Source: a virus
Lineage: Duplodnaviria > Caudoviricetes
Strand: one strand, 5' to 3'
Virus record (IMG/VR): IMGVR_UViG_3300031716_000028
Span: 1 to 37,994 of that record
Length of the DNA: 37,994 bases
A program made the translations under genes and the position numbers. Shown here in pieces: positions 25,779 through 34,446 of this stretch (within the stretch, counting starts at the first letter, position 1; each line of letters starts with the position of its first letter). The notes beneath the pieces are model-generated. The model was given only the letters and a program-made list of their open reading frames with translations, did no database searches and was not told the DNA's origin.

Positions 25779-26132
25779 ATGACGCAAAACCTCAACGAGG
25801 CGAACAAGCTGATCGCGGGCGAACGCGGCGAGGGCTGGGGCGGCCTCGACGGAACCGACAAAGACAAGCAGCAGGCCGAGCAGGCGCAGCTACAATTCCA
25901 GTTCGCGCTACGGGTCGCCAGGGTGTTTATGACGCCCGAGGGCGCCGACGCCCTTGAAGCCTTGCGCGAGCAGCACCTCTACCCGCCGACCTGGCCGCCG
26001 TCGGTCACTCATCAGCAGGATCAACTGGCGTTCGGCTACATCCGCGAGGGGCAGAAGTCCGTCGTCACGATGATCGAGAACTGCATCAAAATCGCCAAGA
26101 ACCCCCCGCAACAGCCCAAAAAGGAGGCTTAA
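25779..26132 (+). CDS. Bbp19-like protein
   Basis: Follows the portal; VFMTPEGADALEAL...REGQKSVV..I pattern. Confidence 0.7.
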   Translation: MTQNLNEANKLIAGERGEGWGGLDGTDKDKQQAEQAQLQFQFALRVARVFMTPEGADALEALREQHLYPPTWPPSVTHQQDQLAFGYIREGQKSVVTMIENCIKIAKNPPQQPKKEA

Positions 26133-26135
26133 AAC

Positions 26136-26393
26136 GTGAGCACTGAAAACACCGGTGGCAAGTCCACCAAGCCCAGGAAGACCAGCGCCAAGGCAGTCGC
26201 CGCAGCAACAACGGCGCCGGCACCGGCGCAAAAACCGCGCACCCTGCGCGAGTCCGCGAATCAGTTTTTGGCCGATATCGGTCACATCCTGTACACGCGC
26301 AACAAAAAGCTCGGCGACCTGATGGCGATCGAAAAGGAGGTCGCGAACCTCCTGAACATCGGCCATCCGATCCTCGACGAGCCGGTGGAGTAG
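26136..26393 (+). CDS. Hypothetical protein (85 aa)
   Basis: AGGAGG ribosome-binding site, GTG start. Confidence 0.6.
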   Translation: MSTENTGGKSTKPRKTSAKAVAAATTAPAPAQKPRTLRESANQFLADIGHILYTRNKKLGDLMAIEKEVANLLNIGHPILDEPVE

Positions 26394-26396
26394 GCC

Positions 26397-26522
26397 ATGG
26401 AGCTGCTCGCCCTGCTCGTCAAAGCTATTCAGGTCGGCATTATCGTCCTGCCTGTCCTGGCCGTTTTAGCGGTCTGGGCTGTGGTCTGGCTGGTCAAGCG
26501 CCGCCGCCGAAAATCTCGTTAA
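26397..26522 (+). CDS. Small single-pass membrane protein (41 aa; not in ORF track)
   Basis: MELLALLVKAIQVGIIVLPVLAVLAVWAVVWLVKRRRRKSR*; GGAG upstream. Confidence 0.6.
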   Translation: MELLALLVKAIQVGIIVLPVLAVLAVWAVVWLVKRRRRKSR

Positions 26523-26547
26523 TTTAACCAGAAAATAGGAGCCATTT

Positions 26548-26817
26548 ATGGAGTTTGAACAAATCCTCCCGCATATCAAGGCGGGGCAAAGAGCCTGCCG
26601 CGCTGGCTGGAACGGCAAAGGCATGTTTGTTTTTTTAGTGCAAGGTAGCCGGTTCAAAGTGAACAGGCCGCCGCTGCTCGGGATTTATCCCGAGGGTACG
26701 GAAATCAGCTATCGCGCGCACATCGACATGAAAACAGCTGACGGTCAAATCGTTCCTTGGGTTGCATCGCAGTCCGACCTGCTGGCTGATGACTGGCAAC
26801 TGACGAACGACAGCTAA
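26548..26817 (+). CDS. DUF2829 / Tad2-family immune-signal sponge protein
   Basis: M.FE..L..IK.G....RAGWNGKGMFVFL...IDMKTADG..VPWVASQSDLLADDW is the DUF2829 signature; AGGAG ribosome-binding site. Confidence 0.85.
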   Translation: MEFEQILPHIKAGQRACRAGWNGKGMFVFLVQGSRFKVNRPPLLGIYPEGTEISYRAHIDMKTADGQIVPWVASQSDLLADDWQLTNDS

Positions 26818-26830
26818 AAACGGAGCCGCT

Positions 26831-27844
26831 ATGTTTATTCGACTTTTCTCCCTGATGAACACCGCAGCAGCGCCGGCCGCACCTGGCGGCCCTGCTGCCC
26901 CTGCAGCGCCAGCGGCACCGGCCGCCCCGGCTGCGCCCGCCGCACCGAGCGCGACCGGGCTGATGGCCGAGGCACTGAAACCGCCGGCGCCTGAACCCGT
27001 CAAGCCCGAGGACGCGCGGACGTTCCTGGTCGACTACGGCCACGGCGCCGACGCGCTGAAAGGCATGGACGACAAGGCGGTCGTCGACCTGCACGGCAAA
27101 GTGTCGGCCGCGCTCGATAAGGTTCGCAACGCCGGCAAGCTGGACAAAAAACCCGACTGGCTGCCCGAGCAGTTTTGGGATGCGGACAAAAAGGAAATCA
27201 AGGGCGAGTCGATGGCGAAGTCGTGGACCGACTTCCGGCAGAAAATCAGCGGCGGCTCGAATGCTGCGCCGAAAACCCCGGCCGAGTATCAGCTGAACCT
27301 GCCCGAGGGCGTGAAGATTGCCGACGATGACAAGCTGGTCGGCGAGTTCCGCAAGGCCGCCCATGAGGTCGGGATGTCAAACGAGAATTTCAACAAGGTC
27401 GTCGCGGCCGTGGTGAAGTCTGGCGTGTTGGATATTCAGCCGGTCGACACCGCTGCAGAGCTGGCGAAGCTCGGTCCGCAGGGTCAGGCCATCGTCAACA
27501 TCAACACGGCATGGGGCAAACAGCTGGTCGAGTCCGGCGTCTGGGATCAGAACGATTTCAACGAGCTGGTCGTCCTTGGGTCCACCGCCGAGGGCATGCG
27601 CGCGCTGAACAAGCTGCGCGAGTATTACGGCGGCGAGAAGATCCCCATGGGCGACGGCACCGGCAGCAATCTCCCGTCGATCGAGGCGTGGTATGCCAAG
27701 CACGGCGAAATCGACAAGTCGAGCGGCAAGCTGCGCATGGAGGTCGACCCGGTATTCCGTAAGGCGGTCGAGGACGAGGGCAAACTGCTGTTCGGGAACG
27801 ACCCGGCGCGCAGTTCAATCCCTGGCGTCGGCGTGCCGAGATAG
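26831..27844 (+). CDS. Capsid scaffolding protein
   Basis: Lies between portal and capsid; Ala/Pro repeat N-terminus, KPDWLPEQFWD and PKTPAEY motifs. Confidence 0.75.
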   Translation: MFIRLFSLMNTAAAPAAPGGPAAPAAPAAPAAPAAPAAPSATGLMAEALKPPAPEPVKPEDARTFLVDYGHGADALKGMDDKAVVDLHGKVSAALDKVRNAGKLDKKPDWLPEQFWDADKKEIKGESMAKSWTDFRQKISGGSNAAPKTPAEYQLNLPEGVKIADDDKLVGEFRKAAHEVGMSNENFNKVVAAVVKSGVLDIQPVDTAAELAKLGPQGQAIVNINTAWGKQLVESGVWDQNDFNELVVLGSTAEGMRALNKLREYYGGEKIPMGDGTGSNLPSIEAWYAKHGEIDKSSGKLRMEVDPVFRKAVEDEGKLLFGNDPARSSIPGVGVPR

Positions 27845-27895
27845 GTATACTGCCCGCTCGTCATCGCTTACAACTACTACAACAGTCGCAGCTTC

Positions 27896-27923
27896 AAGCC
27901 CCGCCCGCACGCGGGGCTTTTTT
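27896..27923 (+). terminator. Intrinsic terminator after the scaffold gene
   Basis: AAGCCCCGC-ccgcac-GCGGGGCTT followed by TTTT. Confidence 0.85.
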
Positions 27924-27931
27924 ATGCTCGT

Positions 27932-27960
27932 TTGCTTTTTTGAGCATCTTCACCTATCCT
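27932..27960 (+). promoter_or_regulatory. Putative promoter for the capsid operon
   Basis: TTGCTT (27932-27937), 17 bp, TATCCT (27955-27960), directly after the terminator. Confidence 0.5.
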
Positions 27961-28089
27961 TTGCCGAAATAGCACCACAGAGACCCGCCACAGTAGGCTT
28001 ACCGGTCTCCCGGCCCCGCTCCCTGACGGCCTATCTCTGAACGCTAAAACAAGCTCATTTTTTGTTTTAACCGTTTGGAGATTAAAGCC

Positions 28090-28935
28090 ATGTCCAACAG
28101 CTTAACCGCTGCCGCCATTGCCAGTTTCGACGCACAGGTCAAACACGCCTATCAGGGCGCGAGCATGCTGCGCGGCACCGTTCGACTCAAAACCGGCGTA
28201 GTGGGCTCGACTCACCGCTTCCCGAAGATGGGTAAAGGCACCGCTACCCAGCGCGTACCGCAGACCGATGTGACCCCGATGAACATCGTCCACAGCAATC
28301 GCACCGCGACGCTGTCGGACTGGAATGCTCCGGAGTACACCGACATCTTCAATCAGGCCGAGGTCAACTACAGCGAGCGCGGCGAACTGGCCGAAGTCAT
28401 CGCCAGCGCCATCGGCCGCCGCGAGGACCAGATCATACTCGACGCGCTGGATGCCGCGAGCACGACCCTGACCGTCGATCAGGATGTCGGCGGCACCGAC
28501 ACCGGCATGAACACCGCCAAAATCCGGCGTTCGAAAAAGCTGCTGATGCAGCGCGGCGTGAAGTTCTCGCGCGGCAATCAGACCCTCGTCATTGCGGCGC
28601 AGGGTCTCGAGGACCTGCTCGGCGACGACGACGCCAACACGTTCGATAAGAACGCGGTTAAGGCCCTGGTCGATGGTGAAATCACGTTCTGGCTGGGCTT
28701 TGAAATCAAAGTCATGGAAGACCGCGACGAGGGCGGCCTGCCGACGGCGACCGGCCTGCGGACCAGCTACGCCTATGACAAGGCGTCGACCGGCCTCGCG
28801 ATCGGTCTCGACTTCCGTACCGAGGTCAACTACATCCCGCAGAAAACGAGCTGGCTGGCAAACGGCCTGTTCAAGGCGGGCGCGGTCGACATCGACAGCA
28901 ACGGTATCGTCGAAATTACTTCGGTCGAGGTCTAA
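28090..28935 (+). CDS. Major capsid protein (281 aa, HTVC010P/BPP-1-like)
   Basis: GGAG ribosome-binding site; FDAQVKHAYQ, LRGTVR, APEYTDIF, AIGRREDQIILDAL, KALVDGEITFWLGF and TEVNYIPQKTSWL. Confidence 0.9.
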   Translation: MSNSLTAAAIASFDAQVKHAYQGASMLRGTVRLKTGVVGSTHRFPKMGKGTATQRVPQTDVTPMNIVHSNRTATLSDWNAPEYTDIFNQAEVNYSERGELAEVIASAIGRREDQIILDALDAASTTLTVDQDVGGTDTGMNTAKIRRSKKLLMQRGVKFSRGNQTLVIAAQGLEDLLGDDDANTFDKNAVKALVDGEITFWLGFEIKVMEDRDEGGLPTATGLRTSYAYDKASTGLAIGLDFRTEVNYIPQKTSWLANGLFKAGAVDIDSNGIVEITSVEV

Positions 28936-28939
28936 GGCC

Positions 28940-29197
28940 ATGGCGCTCGACAAAACGAAATTCGACCCGACCGGCAGCGGCTCGAAAGGTGGCGCCCCGA
29001 AAATCGCCACCTATCAGAGCAGCTCCGACAATATCGCCACCATCGAGGGCGCGGGTTACTTCAACGGCATTGGGAACACCGGCCTTAAAACCGGCGACCT
29101 CCTGTTTTATTCCGGCACCAACGGCGCGAAACTTGCGCAGGTTGCCGTGTCGGCCGCCGGGGTTGTGACTCTGCCGCTCAAAGTCGCGTTAGCGTAA
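28940..29197 (+). CDS. Putative capsid decoration/cement protein 1 (85 aa)
   Basis: Directly after the capsid gene; Y.SSD..ATIEG.GYFN...GDL motif shared with the next gene. Confidence 0.6.
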   Translation: MALDKTKFDPTGSGSKGGAPKIATYQSSSDNIATIEGAGYFNGIGNTGLKTGDLLFYSGTNGAKLAQVAVSAAGVVTLPLKVALA

Positions 29198-29206
29198 GGA
29201 GGCAGC

Positions 29207-29815
29207 ATGTCGTTTAACAAATCAAACTACGATCCGGGCGCGAGCAGCAAAGGCAGCGTCCCGAAAATCCACCGGTACAGCTCGAGCGATACCTTGGCGA
29301 CCATCGAGGGCTCCGGGTATTTCAACAGCGTCGAGGACCTCATCAACAGCGGGGACCTGATTGTGGTGTACTCGAGCGCGGTATCCGGCGGCGGCGTGAA
29401 GGTCTACCAGCTGACCAACACCGACGGCGTGATTACCAGCAGCGGGACCTCGGTCGGTGGAAACGGCGCGGTGTATCTGCCGTTCTTCATCAACCAGACC
29501 GACCTGCTGGCACCGACCTCGGCGGAACTGATTTCCCCGATCGCGGGCCGCATTACGCTGTTGCGGACCACGGTGCAGGCGGCAGTCACCACTGGCGGAA
29601 CAATCACGGTCAAGGTCAATACGACCGCCGTAGATGGCCTTTCGATCGCTATCGCGAACGGTGCGACCAAGGGCACCCGCCAGTCAGACGCCCCGACCGC
29701 AGCGCACGCCTCGGCGGTAGTTGCGGCAGGCGACCGTATCGAGATTGTGCCGGAAGCGGCTATCGATACCGCCGGCGCGATCAACGGTATCCTCGTAATC
29801 GAACCGACGACTTAA
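29207..29815 (+). CDS. Putative capsid decoration protein 2 (paralog of previous gene plus C-terminal beta domain)
   Basis: AGGAGG ribosome-binding site; N-terminal ~80 aa align with 28940-29197. Confidence 0.6.
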   Translation: MSFNKSNYDPGASSKGSVPKIHRYSSSDTLATIEGSGYFNSVEDLINSGDLIVVYSSAVSGGGVKVYQLTNTDGVITSSGTSVGGNGAVYLPFFINQTDLLAPTSAELISPIAGRITLLRTTVQAAVTTGGTITVKVNTTAVDGLSIAIANGATKGTRQSDAPTAAHASAVVAAGDRIEIVPEAAIDTAGAINGILVIEPTT

Positions 29816-29830
29816 CAGGCGGGCACGGGT

Positions 29831-30415
29831 ATGGAGCGATCCGTGCCGCCTTTTCCGTTCGATTTTTCTACCGAACCCGTAACCCTTTTGGTCGTCGGAT
29901 CGGCTCCGTGTCTGATGGCTGACTTAGATGTCGCAAAAGGGTTGCGGCCCTCTCATCTCATCATGGCGATTAACTACACGGCCTGCTGGATACCAGCCGA
30001 CTTTGTCTTTTCAATCCATACTGAAAATATGCCGATATTCGCCGACGGCCAGGCGAAATTTAACAGCGAATTCACGACGCACGCCGACATCCGGCGCCGC
30101 TACCGCGGCACCGCGGATTATTTATGGCGTGATACTTGTTATGGCGCGACCAGCAGCATCGCGGGCGCGTCAGTTGGGCCAAAGATGGGATTTCAAGAGG
30201 TTATTTTATGCGGCGCGCCGATGGATTCGGTCGGTTACTACAAACCGAATACCGGAACCCGTAAGCCTGACGGTTCCAAAAGCAAGATAGTCCGCAGTCA
30301 TATTGACAGCATGACGCGGTTCGCCTCGAAGACTAAAGGTCTGGTATTCTCAATGTCCGGTTTGACGCGTAAAAATTTTGGCTATCCCCCGGAGGTACCG
30401 ATTTATGGCAACTGA
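29831..30415 (+). CDS. Rossmann-like protein resembling the sialyltransferase/MAF (DUF115)-type transferase fold
   Basis: LLVVGSAPC, IMAINY, ATSSIAGA and MGFQEVILCGAPM pattern; lower GC than the flanks. Confidence 0.5.
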   Translation: MERSVPPFPFDFSTEPVTLLVVGSAPCLMADLDVAKGLRPSHLIMAINYTACWIPADFVFSIHTENMPIFADGQAKFNSEFTTHADIRRRYRGTADYLWRDTCYGATSSIAGASVGPKMGFQEVILCGAPMDSVGYYKPNTGTRKPDGSKSKIVRSHIDSMTRFASKTKGLVFSMSGLTRKNFGYPPEVPIYGN

Positions 30416-31019
30416 TGTCGACTTTTGCAACCGTGCGCTGAACCTCATAGGGTCCGACGCGATTTCAGGTTTTCAGCAGGTGAGCGACAAGGCCGCGACC
30501 TGTGCGCGGCAGTACTCGGGCACGCTGTCCATGCTGCTGTCGATGGCGCACTGGCGCTTTGCGACGAGAAAGCGTTCCCTCTCGCCCCTGCTCACTTCGC
30601 CGGTCAACGTCTGGCAATACGCCTACCAGCTGCCGAGTGACCTGGTCGCAGGTCCGGACGCGGTCTATAACAGCACCGCCGTATCGGCCCCGCCGATGTC
30701 GTCCGGCTACGAGATTTTCGAGCGCAACATCCTGACCAACGAATCGCGCATCATCATCGACTACCGGTTCAAGCCATCCGAGAATAATTTCCCCGACTGG
30801 TTCGCCCAGCTGCTTGTTCTCGCGCTGGCGGGCGCTTTCGCGATGGGCGTCACCGATCAGGAAGACCTCGCCGCGGAATGGAACGCCCGGGCGTTCGGCA
30901 CCCCCGAGCACAACATGCGCGGCGGCTTTTTTGCCGTGTGCGCGCAGATCAATCGCCAGGGCGGCGGGGCCAAGATTCTGCCGACCGATGCCCTGCTCGC
31001 GGAGCGTAACTCACTGTGA
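30405..31019 (+). CDS. Tail adaptor / tail tubular protein A (T7 gp11-like)
   Basis: GGAGG ribosome-binding site; VDFCNRALNLIG, HWRFA, YAYQLPSD and FPDWFAQLL..ALA. Confidence 0.85.
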   Translation: MATDVDFCNRALNLIGSDAISGFQQVSDKAATCARQYSGTLSMLLSMAHWRFATRKRSLSPLLTSPVNVWQYAYQLPSDLVAGPDAVYNSTAVSAPPMSSGYEIFERNILTNESRIIIDYRFKPSENNFPDWFAQLLVLALAGAFAMGVTDQEDLAAEWNARAFGTPEHNMRGGFFAVCAQINRQGGGAKILPTDALLAERNSL

Positions 31020-33946
31020 AACAGCACCCGATTCAGACCAATTTCACATCGGGGGAACTCGACCCCCGCATGGCCTCGCGAATTGACGTTCAGCAGTACT
31101 ACAACGGCGCCGAGCGCCTGCGCAACGTCATCGTTAACCACTTGGGCGGTGCGGTACGCTGCCCGGGCATGCAGCACATCGACGTGCTCGACCCGCTGGT
31201 CCTCGCACTCGAGAACTCAGTCACCGCCACCGCCCCGAACGGCGGCACCGCTGCGAACGGTCTCGACGACGATTTCAATACCAAAGTAACCACTACCGGC
31301 AATATCGGGACTACAAACCCCTACGTGGTGCTGCATTACGACCTCGGGGCCGACGTAGATATCCGGTCTGCTGAAATCATCGGGGCCTCGACCGACGTGT
31401 CGACAGCCGACTCTGACGATACCGGCCTGCGCAAGGTGAACAAAAGCAGCAACGACGCGAGCGTCGGAGATAAGCCGTGGGATGCACCGAACGGCAGCAA
31501 CCTCGGCGCGGTGCAGCTGGGCTTTGATGCCAGCAATAACCAAAGCTACTATCTGCGGTGCATGAACCCGAACGTCTCCCGGCTGATCCCGGCGGACGCG
31601 ACCATCGTCGGCGTACAGGCGCAAATCACGAAAAAAAAGGGCTCGACCAGCTTCGACCAGAACATCGAGGACGCGCAGGTGCGGCTCGTCGTCAAGGGCG
31701 TCATCGTCGGCAACAACAAGGCCGCCGCCGGCGACTGGCTTGGCAGTTTCTTTACAACGACCTACGGCGGCGCCGCCGACCTGTGGGGCTATTCCCTGAC
31801 GCGCGAGCTGGTCGTCCGGTCTGACTTCGGCATTGCCATATCGGCCAGGACCAACGAAGTTATCGGCTCGGCCTATGCCGTGGTCCAGTCGGTGAAGATC
31901 AAAATTTACTATTCCACGGCGGTCACCGCCTCGCCCTCGGAGTTCCGCATCCAGTACTCGACCGACGACGCAGCTTGGAATAACTACGGCGATGCCTTCC
32001 AGGTGCGCGACAATGACGAGGTTTCGTTCCGCCACACCGAGGTCGTTACCGCCCGGTATTGGCGGTATGCCCGCATCGGCGCCACCAACCTCGGCACGGC
32101 TAAGGCCATCGTCCGGAACTTCAACGTGTTCGCCGACACGACCAGCTTCGCCTCGACCGGCGGCCTGTCCGACTGCGCGTTTGTCGACTTCGATTTTTCG
32201 CTGGACCAGCGGTATATGATCGTTTTCACTGATCGAAACGCAGCGGTGTACGAGAACGGCATCCTGCAGACCAACCTGCCGACGCCCTACACGTCGGATA
32301 TGTTGGGCCTGCTGCGCTGGGATCAGCGCCTCGACACGGTCGCCCTGTTCCATCCGGACGTCCCGCCGCAAATCATGCAGCGCCAGGGCCGGGCCGATCG
32401 GTGGGTTTTGAAGGCGATGGTTTTCGACTATATCCCCAAGTACGCCTTCAACCTGGTCGTCACCAACCCGAACCAGACGTTGACCCCCTCGGCCGTTACC
32501 GGCTCGATTCTGCTGACGGCGGGCGGCTCGACGTTTGTGGCGGGCGATGTTGGTCAATACGTGCGCGGCAACGGCGGGGTCGCGCGGATTTATGAGTACA
32601 CGTCGGGGACCGTGGTCAAGGCTCGCGTCGAGATTCCGTTCCGCGACAGCAGCGCCATCCCGGCCGGGAGCTGGAAGCTCGAGCGCGGCTATGAGGCGGC
32701 ATGGTCGACGACCCGCGGCTGGCCGAACTGCGGCCTTTTCTATCAGGGCCGCCTGTGGATCGGTGGCGCGCGGAGCCTGCCGGATACTATTTGGGGCTCG
32801 CGACTGTCTTTGTTTTTCGACTTCGACCCTGGCCGCGCGGACGCTGACGACGCGATCGAGGCGACCCTCGAAAACCGCGACGTGTCCGGTATCCTGAACA
32901 TCGCTGCCGCTAATCACCTGCTCTTTTTCACGAAGACGGCCGAGTTCTATATCCCGCAGGCGCCGAACGAGCCGCTCACCCCGTCGAACTTCCTGCCGCG
33001 CAAAGCCGATAACAAGGGCAGTCGCACGGGCACCAATGTCGTGAACGCCGACGGCGTCACTATTTTTGTGCAGACCGAGGGCGCGAGCATTCAAAAGCTC
33101 AAGCTCGCAGATGGCACGACGCAGACGGATGAAAACAGCATCTATGCGGCCGAGGATATTTCCGGCCTGTCGGCGCACTTGATTGTTACACCGGTACAGA
33201 TTGCCTTCCGCAAGGCAACCGGCCCGGATGACCCGAACCTGCTGCTGGTCGTCAACAGCGATGGCACGCTGGCCATTTGCACGCTCGAGCAAAAGCAGGG
33301 CATTCAGGCATGGACGCTGCGCAGCACGAACGGCCTAGTTAAGCGGGTCGGCGTCATCGGTAACGAGATTTATCTGATGGTCGAGCGCACCATCGACGGC
33401 GTCGCCAAGCGTTTCATCGAGCGATTCAATAATAATTGCACGCTGGACGGCGCGGTATTTGTGGAGGTCGACGAGCCTGTGACCTTAGTCACCGACCTTG
33501 AGGATATTTTCGGCAGCGAGGAAGTGCAGATTATCCTCGACGACGCCTACCAAAACCCGCAATCGGTCGAGGGCGGCGAGTTGACATTCGACAGGGAAGC
33601 GGCGGTTAATTATCAAATCGGCTTTGGCTTTGATCCTCTGATCAGGCCGATGCCGGTGGCACGCAACCCCGACGGCGGCGCTGTCTTACGTGGCAAAAAG
33701 CGGGTTTCCGAAGTGCTGCTATTCTTGTACAAAACCCGGTGGGCTGAAATTAACGGCCAGCCCGTCGGCCTGCAGCAGTACGGCGCCGCGCCCTCGCCGC
33801 TCGATAACACCCTGCAACCGTTCACCGGTCACAAGACGGTCGACGGCCTGCTGGGATGGAGCGAGGAGGGCCAGTTTGATATAACGCAGGGCGGCATCCC
33901 GGTTTCCATGACCATCACCGGCATCGAGATGAAAGTCAGGCTATGA
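31016..33946 (+). CDS. Tail nozzle / tail tubular protein B (T7 gp12-like) with large inserted domains
   Basis: QTNFTSGELDP, GGAVRCPG, GWP....FYQGRLW.GG, IWGSR...FFDF and QAWT motifs; 976 aa. Confidence 0.88.
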   Translation: MKQHPIQTNFTSGELDPRMASRIDVQQYYNGAERLRNVIVNHLGGAVRCPGMQHIDVLDPLVLALENSVTATAPNGGTAANGLDDDFNTKVTTTGNIGTTNPYVVLHYDLGADVDIRSAEIIGASTDVSTADSDDTGLRKVNKSSNDASVGDKPWDAPNGSNLGAVQLGFDASNNQSYYLRCMNPNVSRLIPADATIVGVQAQITKKKGSTSFDQNIEDAQVRLVVKGVIVGNNKAAAGDWLGSFFTTTYGGAADLWGYSLTRELVVRSDFGIAISARTNEVIGSAYAVVQSVKIKIYYSTAVTASPSEFRIQYSTDDAAWNNYGDAFQVRDNDEVSFRHTEVVTARYWRYARIGATNLGTAKAIVRNFNVFADTTSFASTGGLSDCAFVDFDFSLDQRYMIVFTDRNAAVYENGILQTNLPTPYTSDMLGLLRWDQRLDTVALFHPDVPPQIMQRQGRADRWVLKAMVFDYIPKYAFNLVVTNPNQTLTPSAVTGSILLTAGGSTFVAGDVGQYVRGNGGVARIYEYTSGTVVKARVEIPFRDSSAIPAGSWKLERGYEAAWSTTRGWPNCGLFYQGRLWIGGARSLPDTIWGSRLSLFFDFDPGRADADDAIEATLENRDVSGILNIAAANHLLFFTKTAEFYIPQAPNEPLTPSNFLPRKADNKGSRTGTNVVNADGVTIFVQTEGASIQKLKLADGTTQTDENSIYAAEDISGLSAHLIVTPVQIAFRKATGPDDPNLLLVVNSDGTLAICTLEQKQGIQAWTLRSTNGLVKRVGVIGNEIYLMVERTIDGVAKRFIERFNNNCTLDGAVFVEVDEPVTLVTDLEDIFGSEEVQIILDDAYQNPQSVEGGELTFDREAAVNYQIGFGFDPLIRPMPVARNPDGGAVLRGKKRVSEVLLFLYKTRWAEINGQPVGLQQYGAAPSPLDNTLQPFTGHKTVDGLLGWSEEGQFDITQGGIPVSMTITGIEMKVRL

Positions 33947-34446
33947 GCACCAGCAGCGGCACCACCGTACAGAGCAACAGCGGCAAACAGGACATTTCGT
34001 CCTCGCAGCTGATTTCAGGCGGCGCGTCCTTTTTCACCATGTTCAGCGATCGCCAGCAGTCCATCGAGACCGCGCGGGGGCTGAACGCCAGCGCCCAGGA
34101 CCTCGAGCAGAATGCGCGAGTCGAGAAGGTAAACGCCGACGCTGCGAAAAACGAGCTGCAGCGCCGGCTGAATACGACGCTGGCCAACAACGCCGCCGCC
34201 CTGTCGATCGCCAATGTTGACCCGACTTCGGGATCTGCGCGGCTGATTCAAGAGCAGTCCGAGGGCGAGTTCAATACCGCCTTTTTTAACACAGACCTCA
34301 ATTCCCGCATCCGTGTCGCACAGCTGAAGCGTCAAGCGGCGCAGGCCAGGACCGACGCCTCGGCCGTCAACCGTGCCGGTAAAACCAAGCTGCTGATCGA
34401 CTTCGGTACCTCTATCGCGAAATTCGCCGCCGGCGGTGCTTTTTAA
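33943..34446 (+). CDS. Small internal virion protein (gp14-like position)
   Basis: Ala/Gln-rich helical protein with NVDPTSGSA motif, directly after the nozzle. Confidence 0.7.
   Translation: MSTSSGTTVQSNSGKQDISSSQLISGGASFFTMFSDRQQSIETARGLNASAQDLEQNARVEKVNADAAKNELQRRLNTTLANNAAALSIANVDPTSGSARLIQEQSEGEFNTAFFNTDLNSRIRVAQLKRQAAQARTDASAVNRAGKTKLLIDFGTSIAKFAAGGAF

Noticed and set aside
26860-26950. Ala-Pro repeat DNA as a separate repeat element
   Set aside because: Low-complexity coding linker at the scaffold N-terminus, common in these proteins.
21956-33292. Long antisense ORFs (21956-23293, 24103-25779, 28102-29010, 31217-33292; also 11657-12934 on plus)
   Set aside because: They mirror well-supported genes on the other strand, as expected with high GC3 codon bias, and have no recognisable motifs.
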